Below, one piece after another: positions 37,582 to 48,369 of a stretch of DNA of 64,000 nucleotides (its first letter is position 1; each line of letters starts with the position of its first letter). The stretch spans positions 3,934-67,933 of the forward strand of contig DASCPI010000012.1 in assembly GCA_036012475.1 (NCBI GenBank), read 5' to 3'. The notes under the pieces were generated by a model. It did no database searches. It was not told the DNA's origin and worked only from the letters and a program-made list of their open reading frames with translations. A program made the position numbers and the translations under genes. The stretch is from Candidatus Pelagibacter sp. (GTDB lineage: Bacteria > Pseudomonadota > Alphaproteobacteria > Pelagibacterales > Pelagibacteraceae).

Positions 37582-39366
37582 TTGCATAAATATAGAACAC
37601 ATAACTGCAGTGAGTTAAATATAAATAACAAAGAACAAAAAATCATTTTATCTGGCTGGGTTAATAAAAAACGAGATCATGGGAACCTATTATTCATTGA
37701 TTTACGAGATAATTACGGTCTGACTCAATGCGTTATTGATAAAAGCAATAGTTTTTTTAAAAATTTAGAAAAATTGCAATTAGAAAGCGTTATAAAAGTT
37801 GAAGGAATTGTTGTGGCCCGTACTAAGGATACTATTAACTCTGAATTAAAAACAGGAGAGATTGAAGTCAAAATAGAATCATTTGAAATTCTTGGTCATT
37901 GTAAAGAACTACCTATGCCTGTTTTCACAGATCAAGAATATGCTGAAGAAATTCGATTAAAATATAGATTTTTAGATTTAAGAAGAAAAAAAATTCATGA
38001 AAATATTATTTTAAGATCAAAAGTAATTGAATTTATAAGATCTGAAATGACGAAATTTGGATTTTTAGAATTTCAAACTCCAATCTTAACATCTTCGAGC
38101 CCAGAAGGGGCACGAGATTTTTTAGTTCCAAGCAGACTAAACCCAGGAAAATTTTATGCTCTTCCACAAGCCCCACAACAATTTAAACAATTAATTATGG
38201 TAGCAGGTTTTGATAAATATTTTCAAATAGCACCTTGTTTTAGAGACGAAGACGCACGTGCAGACAGAAGTCCTGGAGAATTTTATCAACTTGATTTGGA
38301 AATGTCTTTTGTAGAACAAGAAGATATTTTTGAAGTAGTAGAAAAATTAATGGTTAATCTTTTTAGAAAATTTTCAAACAAAAAAATGAAATACCAAAAA
38401 TTTCCTAAAATTAAGTTTGAAGAAGCTATGACAAAATATGGAACTGACAAACCTGACTTAAGAAATCCATTAATTGTATCTGACTTGACGGAAATTTTTA
38501 CAAGAGATGATGTTAAATTTGAAATTTTCAAAAAGCTTGTAAAATCAGGATCTTTTGTAAGAGCAATAGTTACTAAAAAAACTAAAGACAAACCAAGAAG
38601 TTTTTTTGATGGAATTGATAAATGGGCCAAAGAAGAAGGTGCCTCAGGTCTTGCATATTTTACATTTGAAAAAAATAATAAAATTTCTGCAAAGGGCCCA
38701 GTAGGAAAATTGTTTTCAGAAGAATCATTGAAAGAAATTATGAAAATAACTTCTGCAGAAATAGGTGACAGTATTTTTTTAGCTTGTGCACCAACTAATG
38801 AAGTGAAAAAAATTATATCTTTAGCTAGAGATAAGATAGGCAAAGAATTAGAAATAATTGACGAAAACGAATTTGCTTTCTGTTGGGTAGTAGATTATCC
38901 AATGTTTGAGAAAGACCAGATAACTAAAAAAATTAAATTTAGTCACAATCCTTTCTCAATGCCCCAGGGAGATATTAAGAAAATTGATTTCAATAATCCA
39001 TTAAATATTAAGGCTTATCAATACGATATTGTATGTAATGGAGTAGAATTATCTTCTGGCGCAATTAGAAACCATATACCAGAACTTATGTATAAATTAT
39101 TTTCAATTGCAGGTTATGATAAAAAACAAGTAGATGAAAAATTTAGCGGAATGATTAATGCTTTGTATTATGGTGCTCCTCCACATGGAGGAATAGCCCC
39201 GGGGATTGATAGAATTGTTATGTTGTTAGCAGAAGAAAAAAATATTAGAGAAGTAACTATGTTTCCAATGAACCAAAATGCTCAAGATTTAATGATGAAT
39301 GCTCCATCAAATATAAATTCTGATCAATTAAAAGAATTAAACTTATCTATAAATAAAAAAAAATAA
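37582..39366 (+). CDS. aspS: Aspartate-tRNA ligase (probably non-discriminating)
   Basis: YRTHNC, RDHG (His typical of the non-discriminating type), PEGARDF, CFRDED, PPHGG. TTG start. Confidence 0.97.
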   Translation: MHKYRTHNCSELNINNKEQKIILSGWVNKKRDHGNLLFIDLRDNYGLTQCVIDKSNSFFKNLEKLQLESVIKVEGIVVARTKDTINSELKTGEIEVKIESFEILGHCKELPMPVFTDQEYAEEIRLKYRFLDLRRKKIHENIILRSKVIEFIRSEMTKFGFLEFQTPILTSSSPEGARDFLVPSRLNPGKFYALPQAPQQFKQLIMVAGFDKYFQIAPCFRDEDARADRSPGEFYQLDLEMSFVEQEDIFEVVEKLMVNLFRKFSNKKMKYQKFPKIKFEEAMTKYGTDKPDLRNPLIVSDLTEIFTRDDVKFEIFKKLVKSGSFVRAIVTKKTKDKPRSFFDGIDKWAKEEGASGLAYFTFEKNNKISAKGPVGKLFSEESLKEIMKITSAEIGDSIFLACAPTNEVKKIISLARDKIGKELEIIDENEFAFCWVVDYPMFEKDQITKKIKFSHNPFSMPQGDIKKIDFNNPLNIKAYQYDIVCNGVELSSGAIRNHIPELMYKLFSIAGYDKKQVDEKFSGMINALYYGAPPHGGIAPGIDRIVMLLAEEKNIREVTMFPMNQNAQDLMMNAPSNINSDQLKELNLSINKKK

Positions 39367-39368
39367 TT

Positions 39369-40196
39369 TTATTTCTTACCTTTAAGGTTAATTTTGATAT
39401 CAGAGAGGTCTACCAAATTTTTCTTATAATTGCTTCTTACAAAACCTTTACTCGTTATATCTTTCACAATTTTTAAAAGTGTATTTTGTCCATCAAATTC
39501 TTCTTCATCTTTTTGATTTACATCTTTTCCACCAATTGAAGGTGTATGCGCTAAATCTTCTCTATTTAGATAAGATATTGCAAGCTCTCTAAATATATAA
39601 TCTAAAATTGATGAAGCACTTAAGATACGGTCATTTCCAGCAACTTTACCAGAAGGTTCAAACTTTGTATCAACATACGCATTTACAAACTCATCAAGAG
39701 GAACTCCATATTGAAGACCAAGAGATATTGCTATAGCAAAATTGTTCATTAATGCTTTTACTAATTCGCCTTCTTTACTTGTATCAATAAAAATTTCACC
39801 TATCTTACCATCTTCATATTCTCCCGTATGAAGATATACTTTATGGTTTCCAATAGAAACTTTTTGTATATAACCTTTTCTTCTATCAGGCATACTAAAA
39901 CGTTTTCCAACACCTTCATTTATTTTTTTTTCAAATTTTTGATTAACATCGTTAGAAACAACTTTTGGTTTAGTTGTTTCTTTAATAACTTCGTTATTTA
40001 TTATTTTGTTTTCAGTACCAATTACGTTTTTGCTTAGGTTCTTAGTTTTTCTATTATCAAGTTTAACATCTAATATTTCAAACTTTCCGTCATCTCTTTT
40101 TTCAAGATTTGCTAACTCTTTTTCGTTAACATCTTCTAAGTAATGAGTTACTTTAAAACTGCATGTATAATATGTTTCTACTAGATATTTAGCCAT
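39369..40196 (-). CDS. Stand-alone C-terminal (TSCPD-like) domain of class II ribonucleotide reductase NrdJ
   Basis: [55 protein letters not shown]; only 275 aa. Confidence 0.8.
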   Translation of the reverse strand: MAKYLVETYYTCSFKVTHYLEDVNEKELANLEKRDDGKFEILDVKLDNRKTKNLSKNVIGTENKIINNEVIKETTKPKVVSNDVNQKFEKKINEGVGKRFSMPDRRKGYIQKVSIGNHKVYLHTGEYEDGKIGEIFIDTSKEGELVKALMNNFAIAISLGLQYGVPLDEFVNAYVDTKFEPSGKVAGNDRILSASSILDYIFRELAISYLNREDLAHTPSIGGKDVNQKDEEEFDGQNTLLKIVKDITSKGFVRSNYKKNLVDLSDIKINLKGKK

Positions 40197-40309
40197 TGTT
40201 GTTCCTTAAATAAATTTTTTAAGTATTCAGATAATTAATATATATACATTTAATAATTTTAGTCTAATTTATTTTTTACAATTTAAAATTGAAAAAAATT
40301 GTAAAAAAG

Positions 40310-40669
40310 ATGTTGACATTTTTTAAACAAATATTTGTTTGGTGGAATCAGCAAACACTTGGAACAAGAATTCAAACAATTTTGTTTGGAAAATTTGTTG
40401 GAAAAGATTCGTTTGGAAACAAATATTACGAAAGCAAAAATGGCAAAAGATGGATAATTTATAATAGCGAAATTGAAGCCACGAAAATTCCTGATGACTG
40501 GTATTCTTGGATGCATCATACAAAAAATAAAATTGAAAATTTACATAATTTAAAAAAATATGAATGGCAAAAAAAACACCTATCTAATCAAACAGGAACA
40601 GATAAATCTTACCATCCAAACAAAGAAAACAATGAAATCAATAAAAAATATAAGCCTTGGAAAAAATAA
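40310..40669 (+). CDS. NDUFA12-like (17.2 kDa) NADH dehydrogenase accessory protein
   Basis: VGKDSFGNKYY, RWIIY, IPDDWYSWMH, NQTGT. Confidence 0.9.
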   Translation: MLTFFKQIFVWWNQQTLGTRIQTILFGKFVGKDSFGNKYYESKNGKRWIIYNSEIEATKIPDDWYSWMHHTKNKIENLHNLKKYEWQKKHLSNQTGTDKSYHPNKENNEINKKYKPWKK

Positions 40670-41042
40670 TTTTATATTAATATTGCTAAGTTTAAGTTTA
40701 TTTTTGTCAGTTGCAAAATCTGAAGTTAATACAAAAAATCGAAATGAAGAAAAATTTGTTGAAATTAAAATATTAGACAAAGTAAGCTCAAAAAATAGCA
40801 AATTAGAAATTGAATTGGGCAAAGAAACCAAGTTTAAAAATTTGTTAATTAAAGCGTTGAAATGTAAAAATTCAGAATTTGATGATAATCCTGAAGTAAC
40901 TGCCTATTTACAAGTCAAGGATAGTAGCAATAAAAGTAATGATGAGGTATTTGTGTTTAACGGTTGGACTTTCTCATCAAGTCCATCAGTTAGACCCTTT
41001 GATCATCCTGTTTACGATATTTGGTTAACTAAGTGTTATTAG
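40632..41042 (+). CDS. DUF2155 family exported protein
   Basis: LDKVS, FNGWTFSSSPS, HPVYDIW; start position uncertain. Confidence 0.82.
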   Translation: MKSIKNISLGKNNFILILLSLSLFLSVAKSEVNTKNRNEEKFVEIKILDKVSSKNSKLEIELGKETKFKNLLIKALKCKNSEFDDNPEVTAYLQVKDSSNKSNDEVFVFNGWTFSSSPSVRPFDHPVYDIWLTKCY

Positions 41043-41045
41043 ATA

Positions 41046-42383
41046 TTAGATAATTTTTTCATTATCCAACCAACTTACATTAAAATTCGAATCTAAAAAT
41101 TTTTTATGAGTTAACAATTTTTTGTGAAGTTCTATTGTAGTTGTTATTCCTTCGATCACAAATTCATCCAAAGAACGTATCATTCTTTGAATTGCTTCAC
41201 TTCTGTTTCTTCCATGGCAAATCAGTTTACAAACCATACTGTCATAATAAGGAGTTATGTTACAACCCTGATAGATTGCACCATCTACTCTAGTTCTAAA
41301 ACCTGATGGTAGATGACATATGCCAATAGTTCCTGGAGAAGGTTGAAAGTTTTTACTTGGATCTTCAGCGTTAATTCTACATTCAATAGCATGCCCTCTT
41401 GGTTTAATATCTTCCTGTGATAACGCTGTGTCCCCAGAATTTGCGATAAATATTTGTTCTTTAATAATATCTATACCAGTAACCACTTCTGTGATTGGGT
41501 GTTCTACTTGTATTCTTGTATTCATTTCTAGAAAAAAAAATTTTCCGTCCTCGTATATAAACTCTACAGTACCCGCACCTTCATATCCAATTTTGGTTAC
41601 CATGTTAACTGTTTTTTCAAATAAATCTTTTCTAATTTCATTAGTCAAAAGTGGGCTGGGAGTTTCTTCAATTAGTTTTTGATGTCTTCTTTGAACTGAA
41701 CAGTCTCTTTCATGTAAGTGAACAGTTCTATTTTTTCCAGATAAGATTTGCACTTCAATATGTCTTGGATTTTGAAAAAATTTTTCTATATAAACCTCAT
41801 CATTTCCAAAATATTTTAGAGCTTCAGTTTTTGCAGAAGAAAAAGACAAATCAAAATCTTTTTCATTATGTACAATTTTCATTCCTTTTCCACCACCACC
41901 ACCTGCAGCTTTAATAAGTATTGGAAAACCTATTTTTTTAGATATTTCTTTTGCTTGTTTTAAATCTGAAACTCCATTTTCTGAACCTTCTATAACTGGT
42001 AAGTTATATTTTTTTGCAATTTTTTTTGCTTCAATTTTATCTCCCATCATTTTTATTAATTTTGAAGAAGGACCAATAAACTTTATTTTATTTTCCTCGA
42101 GAATTTTTGCAAAATTTGCATTTTCAGATAAAAAACCATAACCAGGATGAACAGCTTCAGCGTTAGTTAGTTGAATTGCTGACATTATTGCTGATATATT
42201 TAAATAACTATTTGCCGGCTGGTGAGAACCAATACAAACACTTTCATCTGCCAATCTTACATGCATGCTATCTTTATCAACAGTAGAGTGAACAGCTACA
42301 GTCTGAATACCCCATTCTTTACAAGCTCTAATTACTCTAACAGCAATTTCACCGCGATTAGCGATCAATATTTTTTTAAACAT
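41046..42383 (-). CDS. accC: Acetyl-CoA carboxylase, biotin carboxylase subunit
   Basis: ANRGEIA, HPGYGFLSEN, GGGGKGM, EMNTRIQVEH. Confidence 0.97.
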   Translation of the reverse strand: MFKKILIANRGEIAVRVIRACKEWGIQTVAVHSTVDKDSMHVRLADESVCIGSHQPANSYLNISAIMSAIQLTNAEAVHPGYGFLSENANFAKILEENKIKFIGPSSKLIKMMGDKIEAKKIAKKYNLPVIEGSENGVSDLKQAKEISKKIGFPILIKAAGGGGGKGMKIVHNEKDFDLSFSSAKTEALKYFGNDEVYIEKFFQNPRHIEVQILSGKNRTVHLHERDCSVQRRHQKLIEETPSPLLTNEIRKDLFEKTVNMVTKIGYEGAGTVEFIYEDGKFFFLEMNTRIQVEHPITEVVTGIDIIKEQIFIANSGDTALSQEDIKPRGHAIECRINAEDPSKNFQPSPGTIGICHLPSGFRTRVDGAIYQGCNITPYYDSMVCKLICHGRNRSEAIQRMIRSLDEFVIEGITTTIELHKKLLTHKKFLDSNFNVSWLDNEKII

Positions 42384-42739
42384 TATCCAAGAATGATTAA
42401 GACTTGATCATATTCTACAGGCTGACCATCTTCTACTAAGATTTTTTTAACAACACCATCCATTGAAGAAGGAACATGGTTCATTGTTTTCATTGCCTCA
42501 ACTATCATTATAGTTTGGCCTTTTTTAATTTTATTTCCAATAGAAACAAAAGGTTTCGCTCCTGGTTCAGGAGCAGTATATACCGTGCCAACTATAGGAC
42601 TCTTTACTACTGTTTTTGAAATTTCTATTTCTTCTTCAACAGGGTCATTGTTGTCGAAAATATCTTCACCTTTTAAAGATTTTTTTAAATTTTCTAATGT
42701 ATCAATTAATTTTTTAATTATTTTCTTATCAATTTCCAT
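42383..42739 (-). CDS. accB: Biotin carboxyl carrier protein (short form)
   Basis: SPIVGT and EAMKTMN biotinylation motif. Confidence 0.93.
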   Translation of the reverse strand: MEIDKKIIKKLIDTLENLKKSLKGEDIFDNNDPVEEEIEISKTVVKSPIVGTVYTAPEPGAKPFVSIGNKIKKGQTIMIVEAMKTMNHVPSSMDGVVKKILVEDGQPVEYDQVLIILG

Positions 42740-43175
42740 TTGATGTCAATTCATGCATTGCATTTATGGCCAAAATATAACCGTGAGCTCCCAATCCACA
42801 AATTATTCCAGTTACAACGCTACTTATCATGGATTTATGTCTAAATTTCTCTCTTTTGAAGATATTTGATATGTGAAGTTCAATACTAGGTTTTTTAAAA
42901 ACTACTAAAGCATCATGAATAGCAACCGAGGTATGAGTGAACCCAGCAGCATTAATTATTAAACCGTCATATTTTTTTCTTGCATCTTGTATTAGCGTTA
43001 CAATTTCACCTTCAATATTAGATTGAGTAAAATCAATATTGATTCCTAAATTTTTGGAATATTTGATACATTCATTTTTTAAATCTTCATATTTTATGGA
43101 GCCATATTGCGATTGTTCTCTTTCTCCTAATAGATTAAGATTTGGACCATTAATAACAATAATATTATTTTTCAT
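42729..43175 (-). CDS. aroQ: Type II 3-dehydroquinate dehydratase
   Basis: NGPNLNLLGERE, HTSVA, ELHISN. ATG at 43175. Confidence 0.95.
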   Translation of the reverse strand: MKNNIIVINGPNLNLLGEREQSQYGSIKYEDLKNECIKYSKNLGINIDFTQSNIEGEIVTLIQDARKKYDGLIINAAGFTHTSVAIHDALVVFKKPSIELHISNIFKREKFRHKSMISSVVTGIICGLGAHGYILAINAMHELTSNGN

Positions 43176-43191
43176 TGAACCTTTATATATT

Positions 43192-43410
43192 ATGAAAAAA
43201 ATAAATAAAATAAAAATTAAACTAAATGGAAAATATATTAAAATACAAGACAAAATTACTTTGCTTAATTTAACAAAAAAATTCAGAGTACCAGTAAAAA
43301 AGGTGGCTATTGAGTTAAATCAGACAATAGTAAATAAAAAGTCATTGAATAAAATTAAAATAAAAAAAAATGACAAAATTGAAATAGTTCATTTTATTGG
43401 TGGAGGTTAA
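43192..43410 (+). CDS. thiS: Sulfur carrier protein ThiS
   Basis: IKLNG...VAIELN...[10 protein letters not shown]-terminus. ATG at 43192. Confidence 0.93.
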   Translation: MKKINKIKIKLNGKYIKIQDKITLLNLTKKFRVPVKKVAIELNQTIVNKKSLNKIKIKKNDKIEIVHFIGGG

Positions 43411-44186
43411 TGACAAAGATAGACAACTTGATAATTGCAAAAAGAAAATTTAAATCACGTTTAATAGTAGGAACTGGTAAATATAAAAGCATGAAGGAAT
43501 GCGCGAGGTCTGTAAAATTATCTGGTGCAGAAATCGTTACAGTGGCGGTAAGAAGAGTTAATATAGTTGATAAAAAAAAACCATTATTAATGGATTATAT
43601 TGATCCAAAAAAAATAACCTATTTACCAAACACCGCTGGTTGCTTCACTTCCGAAGAAGCTCTTAGAACACTTAGATTAGCAAGAGAAATAGGCGGTTGG
43701 AAACTGGTGAAGCTGGAAGTTTTAGGAGATAAAAAAACACTTTTTCCAGACATGATAGAAACTTTAAAATCAACTGAAATTTTGTCAAAAGAAGGTTTTA
43801 AAGTTATGGTTTATTGTAGTGACGATCCGCTCATGGCTAAAAGATTAGAAAACTGTGGAGCTTCTGCTATTATGCCATTAGCAGCACCTATAGGATCTGG
43901 ACTTGGAATTCAAAATCAAACAAATATTAAAATAATAAGAAGCCAGACAAATCTTCCATTAATTATAGATGCTGGTTTAGGACAATCTTCGGATGCCGCA
44001 ATAGCAATGGAGTTAGGGTGTGATGGTATTTTGGTAAATACAGCTATAGCTAAAGCCAAAGATCCTTTCAAAATGGCAGTGGCTATGAAATTTGCTGTCT
44101 TAGCTGGGAGACAATCATATTTATCTGGTAGAATTAGTAAATCTATATATGGCAGTGCGTCTTCGCCTGAAAAAGGTAGAATTTAA
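43410..44186 (+). CDS. thiG: Thiazole synthase
   Basis: [34 protein letters not shown]. Confidence 0.97.
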   Translation: MTKIDNLIIAKRKFKSRLIVGTGKYKSMKECARSVKLSGAEIVTVAVRRVNIVDKKKPLLMDYIDPKKITYLPNTAGCFTSEEALRTLRLAREIGGWKLVKLEVLGDKKTLFPDMIETLKSTEILSKEGFKVMVYCSDDPLMAKRLENCGASAIMPLAAPIGSGLGIQNQTNIKIIRSQTNLPLIIDAGLGQSSDAAIAMELGCDGILVNTAIAKAKDPFKMAVAMKFAVLAGRQSYLSGRISKSIYGSASSPEKGRI

Positions 44187-45943
44187 TTTTTTTTTTTGTA
44201 AAATTTTTTTTTGTAAAATTTTTTTTTGTAAAATTTTTTTTTTTTACTAATATTTATATTTTTGTCATCTGATAATTTTGATTTTTTTAATGGTGTTAAA
44301 GATTCTATTTTTTCTATAATCTTTTTAGATTTATTTTGGAACTCAATGATATGATCGGGAACAATCAAAGAATTATCATTAACAATTTCAATTTTTATTT
44401 TATTTTTTTTTTCAAAATATTTTACATCTTCCAAAAAGTTGTTATTTATATAGGTGTTAATTTTTTCGCATACTTTTATTTTAACATTTTTTGATTTATT
44501 GCTTATTGATTTTAGTTCAACAGTTTTCAATAACTTTAAAGCAAAAGATTCGTTTGTTAATACTATATCCCATTTTACTGCGCTCTCTCTTAAGCGCTGT
44601 CTTGACATTTCAAGCAATCCAAAAGTGCTGATTCTTCCAATTTGAATTCTTGCTCTATCTAATCTACATTTTTCTTTTAATTTCCTTTCAATTAATCTTC
44701 TATTTCCAAAACTATACATGTCAATAAAGTCAATAATTATTAGTCCAGATAGATCTCTAATTTTTATTTGTCTTGATATTTCTTCAGCAGCTTCTAGATT
44801 TGTATTTAAAGCAGTGCTTTCGATATTTTTTTGTTTTATAGATTTTCCTGAGTTCACGTCTATCGAAACCAATGCTTCCGTAGGGTTTATGACCAAATAT
44901 CCTCCAGAAGCCAGCTTAACTTGTGTTTCAAAAATTTCATTTAACTTGTTTTCTATATTTTCTTTTACGAATAACGGAATTTTGTCTCTATATTTTTTTA
45001 CTTTTTTAACAAATTTTGGCATTAAAAGTTTCATAAAATTCTTAGCTTTCTGATAACCTTCATTACCTTCAACTATGACATTTTTTGTATCTTCATCGCA
45101 CATGTCTCTTAAAGTTCTTTTAATTATTTCGCTTTCATGATGAATCAATGATGGCGCCATTGAATTTATTGCAGTTTCTTTAATGGAATCCCAAATTGCT
45201 AATAAATTTTCAAGATCATAATTGATTTCATTTTTTGTTTTGTTCGAACCAGCGGTTCTTACTATAATTCCCATTTCTTTAGGGATTTCAATTTGATTTA
45301 AAATAGTTCTGATTTTTTTTCTTTCAGAAGGATTAAAAATTTTCCTTGATATACCACCTCCTTTTGGAGTATTTGGCATAAGCACTATATACTTGCCAGC
45401 TATTGAAATAAAAGTGCTTAGAGCCGCTCCTTTAGAACCTCTTTCGTCCTTTAATACCTGTACAAGTATTACTTGATTGGGCTTAATAACTTCTTGAATT
45501 TTATATCTTTTATTTGGATATTTTTTTTCAACATTAATATTTTCGTCATTTTCATAACTTTCTATTTTTTTTTCTACAGGATCTTCCGCTGTTAAATTTC
45601 CTTCACTTAAATTTTTCTCTTCTAGTTGTTCACTTTCTTTCAATAATTTTTCTCTAGCAAATTTTTCCTCTTTTTTAATTTTTTCAAGATCGCTGAGTGG
45701 TATTTGATAATAATTGGATTGAATATCGTTAAAAGATAAGAAACCATGTCTTTCTTTACCGAAATCAACAAATGCAGCCTGTAAGGATGGTTCTACACGA
45801 CTTACTTTTCCCAAATAAATATTATTTTTTACTAAGTTGCTCTTTAAGCTTTCATACTCATAATCTTCGATGTTGCCATTTGATTTAAGCACAACTCTAG
45901 TTTCATTAGGACGCGAAGCATCAATATACAAATTCTTTTCCAT
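44183..45943 (-). CDS. rne: Ribonuclease E/G family endoribonuclease
   Basis: [54 protein letters not shown]. Confidence 0.93.
   Translation of the reverse strand: MEKNLYIDASRPNETRVVLKSNGNIEDYEYESLKSNLVKNNIYLGKVSRVEPSLQAAFVDFGKERHGFLSFNDIQSNYYQIPLSDLEKIKKEEKFAREKLLKESEQLEEKNLSEGNLTAEDPVEKKIESYENDENINVEKKYPNKRYKIQEVIKPNQVILVQVLKDERGSKGAALSTFISIAGKYIVLMPNTPKGGGISRKIFNPSERKKIRTILNQIEIPKEMGIIVRTAGSNKTKNEINYDLENLLAIWDSIKETAINSMAPSLIHHESEIIKRTLRDMCDEDTKNVIVEGNEGYQKAKNFMKLLMPKFVKKVKKYRDKIPLFVKENIENKLNEIFETQVKLASGGYLVINPTEALVSIDVNSGKSIKQKNIESTALNTNLEAAEEISRQIKIRDLSGLIIIDFIDMYSFGNRRLIERKLKEKCRLDRARIQIGRISTFGLLEMSRQRLRESAVKWDIVLTNESFALKLLKTVELKSISNKSKNVKIKVCEKINTYINNNFLEDVKYFEKKNKIKIEIVNDNSLIVPDHIIEFQNKSKKIIEKIESLTPLKKSKLSDDKNINISKKKKFYKKKFYKKKFYKKKN
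44187..44245 (-). repeat. 15-bp tandem repeat x3 encoding (KKKFY)3 at the RNase E C-terminus
   Basis: gtaaaa at 44198, 44213 and 44228, separated by T9 runs. Confidence 0.9.
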
Positions 45944-46029
45944 ATTTTTTTGATTTTTATTTCCATTATAAATTCTGTTTAATTTTGATGCCTTAACTTT
46001 AACAAATTCATAAGTTAAATAAAACTAAA

Positions 46030-48369
46030 ATGAATAATTTTTTTAGAAAATTAGCATTGTTATCTATGGTTGGAATATTAATAGTGTTTGTAACAGTAAT
46101 TGCTATTTTATGGGGATATTCAAACAAACTGCCAGATTATAAATTTTTGAAGAGCTATAAACCTCCAGTTTCAAGCAAAGTTTATGCTGGGGAAGGTCAA
46201 CTAGTTAGTGATTTTTCAAAAGAAAAAAGGATTTTCGTTCCATATAATGTAATTCCACCAAAAGTAATCAATTCATTTTTGTCAGCAGAGGATAAAAACT
46301 TTTTTTCACACCCAGGAGTTGATGCAAAAGGTGTTATTAGAGCAACTATAAACAATATTTCGAATGTTATTTATTCAAAAAGACTGGAAGGAGCTTCAAC
46401 AATTACCCAGCAGGTTGCAAAAAATTTTTTACTTAGCAACGAAATTAGTATAAATAGAAAAATTAAAGAAGCTATTTTAGCTTTTAGAATAGAAAGAGCA
46501 CTTTCAAAAAAAAGAATTTTAGAACTTTATTTAAATCAAATATATTTAGGACAAGGAGCATACGGAATAGCTTCAGCAAGTTTAGAATATTTTAACAAAC
46601 CTATCAGCGAACTAAATTATGCTGAATCAGCATTGCTAGCGGCTCTACCCAAAGCTCCCAGTAAATACAATCCTTATAAGAATCCTGAACTTGCAAAATT
46701 TAGAAGAAATTTGGTATTAAAAAATTTATTAGATAACAACTATTTAAAAAATGAAGACTACATCAAATTAATTAATATGAAAATTAAATTAAAAAAAAGA
46801 AAAAAAATTTTTCTTGAAGACACAAGGTATTATGTTGAGGATATAAGAAAATATGTGGTAGATAAATTTGGCTTTGAAAAAGTATATAAGCAAGGTTTAA
46901 ATATTAAAACACCTTTGAATTTAGAATTGCAAAATATAGCTACTATTTCTCTTAGAAAAGGTTTAGAGAGATATGATAAAAGAAAAGGGTGGAGAGGGCC
47001 ACTAACTAATAAAAAAAAATTAGATAATTGGAATAACAATCTGGAAAAATATAAATTAGAAAAATCGATTGGTTGGCAATTAGCAATTGTTAATAAAATA
47101 AACAAGTTTAATGCACATATTAAAACTATTAAAGATTTGGAAGGAGTTATTGATTATGGAAATATTTCTTGGACAAAAAAAGAATTTGACGAACTATTTA
47201 AAGTTGGAGATGTAATTTATGTTAAAAAAATTAAGGATGATAAATATGAATTAAAACAACTTCCCAAAGTTAACGGCGGAATAGTTGTAATGGATCCATT
47301 CACTGGTAGAGTTTATGCTTTATCAGGAGGTTTTAGTTTTAAAAAAAGTGAATTTAATAGAGCCTCACAAGCTCTAAGACAACCTGGTTCAGCATTTAAA
47401 CCTTTTATTTACGCTTTAGCTTTAGAAAATAATTTTTCTCCAAACACTTTAATATTAGATGCTCCATTAGTATTAGAGCAAGGTTCAGATTTGAAAATGT
47501 GGAAACCAGAAAATTATGGAAAAAAATTTTATGGACCTTCTACACTTAGAATGGGTTTAGAAAAATCAAGAAATTTAATGACAGTAAGAATAGCACAGGA
47601 AATTGGAGTTGACAAAATAGCTAATTTTACTAAACAGCTCGGCATATATGAGAATCCTCAAGAACTTTTATCAATTTCTCTTGGTTCTACAGAAACAACC
47701 TTGTTGAAACTAACTTCGGCATACTGTTCATTTGTTAATGGGGGAAAAAAAATCACTCCTATTTTAATTGATAGAATACAAGATTCAGAAGGAGTGACAT
47801 TTTTTAATACTGAAACCAGATCTTGTAAAGATTGTGATCACATTTCGTATTTTAGTGATTTTATCCCCAAGATTTCTGACAACTTTTACCAAGTTATTTC
47901 ACCTCAAACAGCTTACCAAGTGACTTCTATGCTTGAAGGTGTAATTAAAAGAGGTACTGGAAAACGTCTAAGATATCTTAATCTAGATATAGCCGGAAAA
48001 ACAGGAACAACAAACAAGAATACTGATACTTGGTTTGTAGGATTCACTTCAAAGCTTGTTATAGGAGTATATGTTGGAATGGATGAACCAAAATCTTTGG
48101 GCCGATATGAAACAGGAGCAAAAACAGCAATGCCAATTTTCAAAGATTTTGTTAAAAAAGCTATAAAAAAAAAAGATGCGAGACCATTTAAAGTGCCACC
48201 AGATATTTCTATGATGGTTGTTGAATCTGTAACTGGTAAAAGAGCTAACTTTGGGTCTAAAGAGACAATCATAGAGGTTTTTAAAAAAGAAAAAATTGAT
48301 ACTGATGCTATGTCATTTGGAAATATTAATGATAGATTAAACAATAATAATATATTAAAGTTTTATTAA
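46030..48369 (+). CDS. mrcA: Penicillin-binding protein 1A
   Basis: EDKNFF, GASTITQQ, RKIKE, SAFK, SRN, KTG motifs. Confidence 0.95.
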   Translation: MNNFFRKLALLSMVGILIVFVTVIAILWGYSNKLPDYKFLKSYKPPVSSKVYAGEGQLVSDFSKEKRIFVPYNVIPPKVINSFLSAEDKNFFSHPGVDAKGVIRATINNISNVIYSKRLEGASTITQQVAKNFLLSNEISINRKIKEAILAFRIERALSKKRILELYLNQIYLGQGAYGIASASLEYFNKPISELNYAESALLAALPKAPSKYNPYKNPELAKFRRNLVLKNLLDNNYLKNEDYIKLINMKIKLKKRKKIFLEDTRYYVEDIRKYVVDKFGFEKVYKQGLNIKTPLNLELQNIATISLRKGLERYDKRKGWRGPLTNKKKLDNWNNNLEKYKLEKSIGWQLAIVNKINKFNAHIKTIKDLEGVIDYGNISWTKKEFDELFKVGDVIYVKKIKDDKYELKQLPKVNGGIVVMDPFTGRVYALSGGFSFKKSEFNRASQALRQPGSAFKPFIYALALENNFSPNTLILDAPLVLEQGSDLKMWKPENYGKKFYGPSTLRMGLEKSRNLMTVRIAQEIGVDKIANFTKQLGIYENPQELLSISLGSTETTLLKLTSAYCSFVNGGKKITPILIDRIQDSEGVTFFNTETRSCKDCDHISYFSDFIPKISDNFYQVISPQTAYQVTSMLEGVIKRGTGKRLRYLNLDIAGKTGTTNKNTDTWFVGFTSKLVIGVYVGMDEPKSLGRYETGAKTAMPIFKDFVKKAIKKKDARPFKVPPDISMMVVESVTGKRANFGSKETIIEVFKKEKIDTDAMSFGNINDRLNNNNILKFY

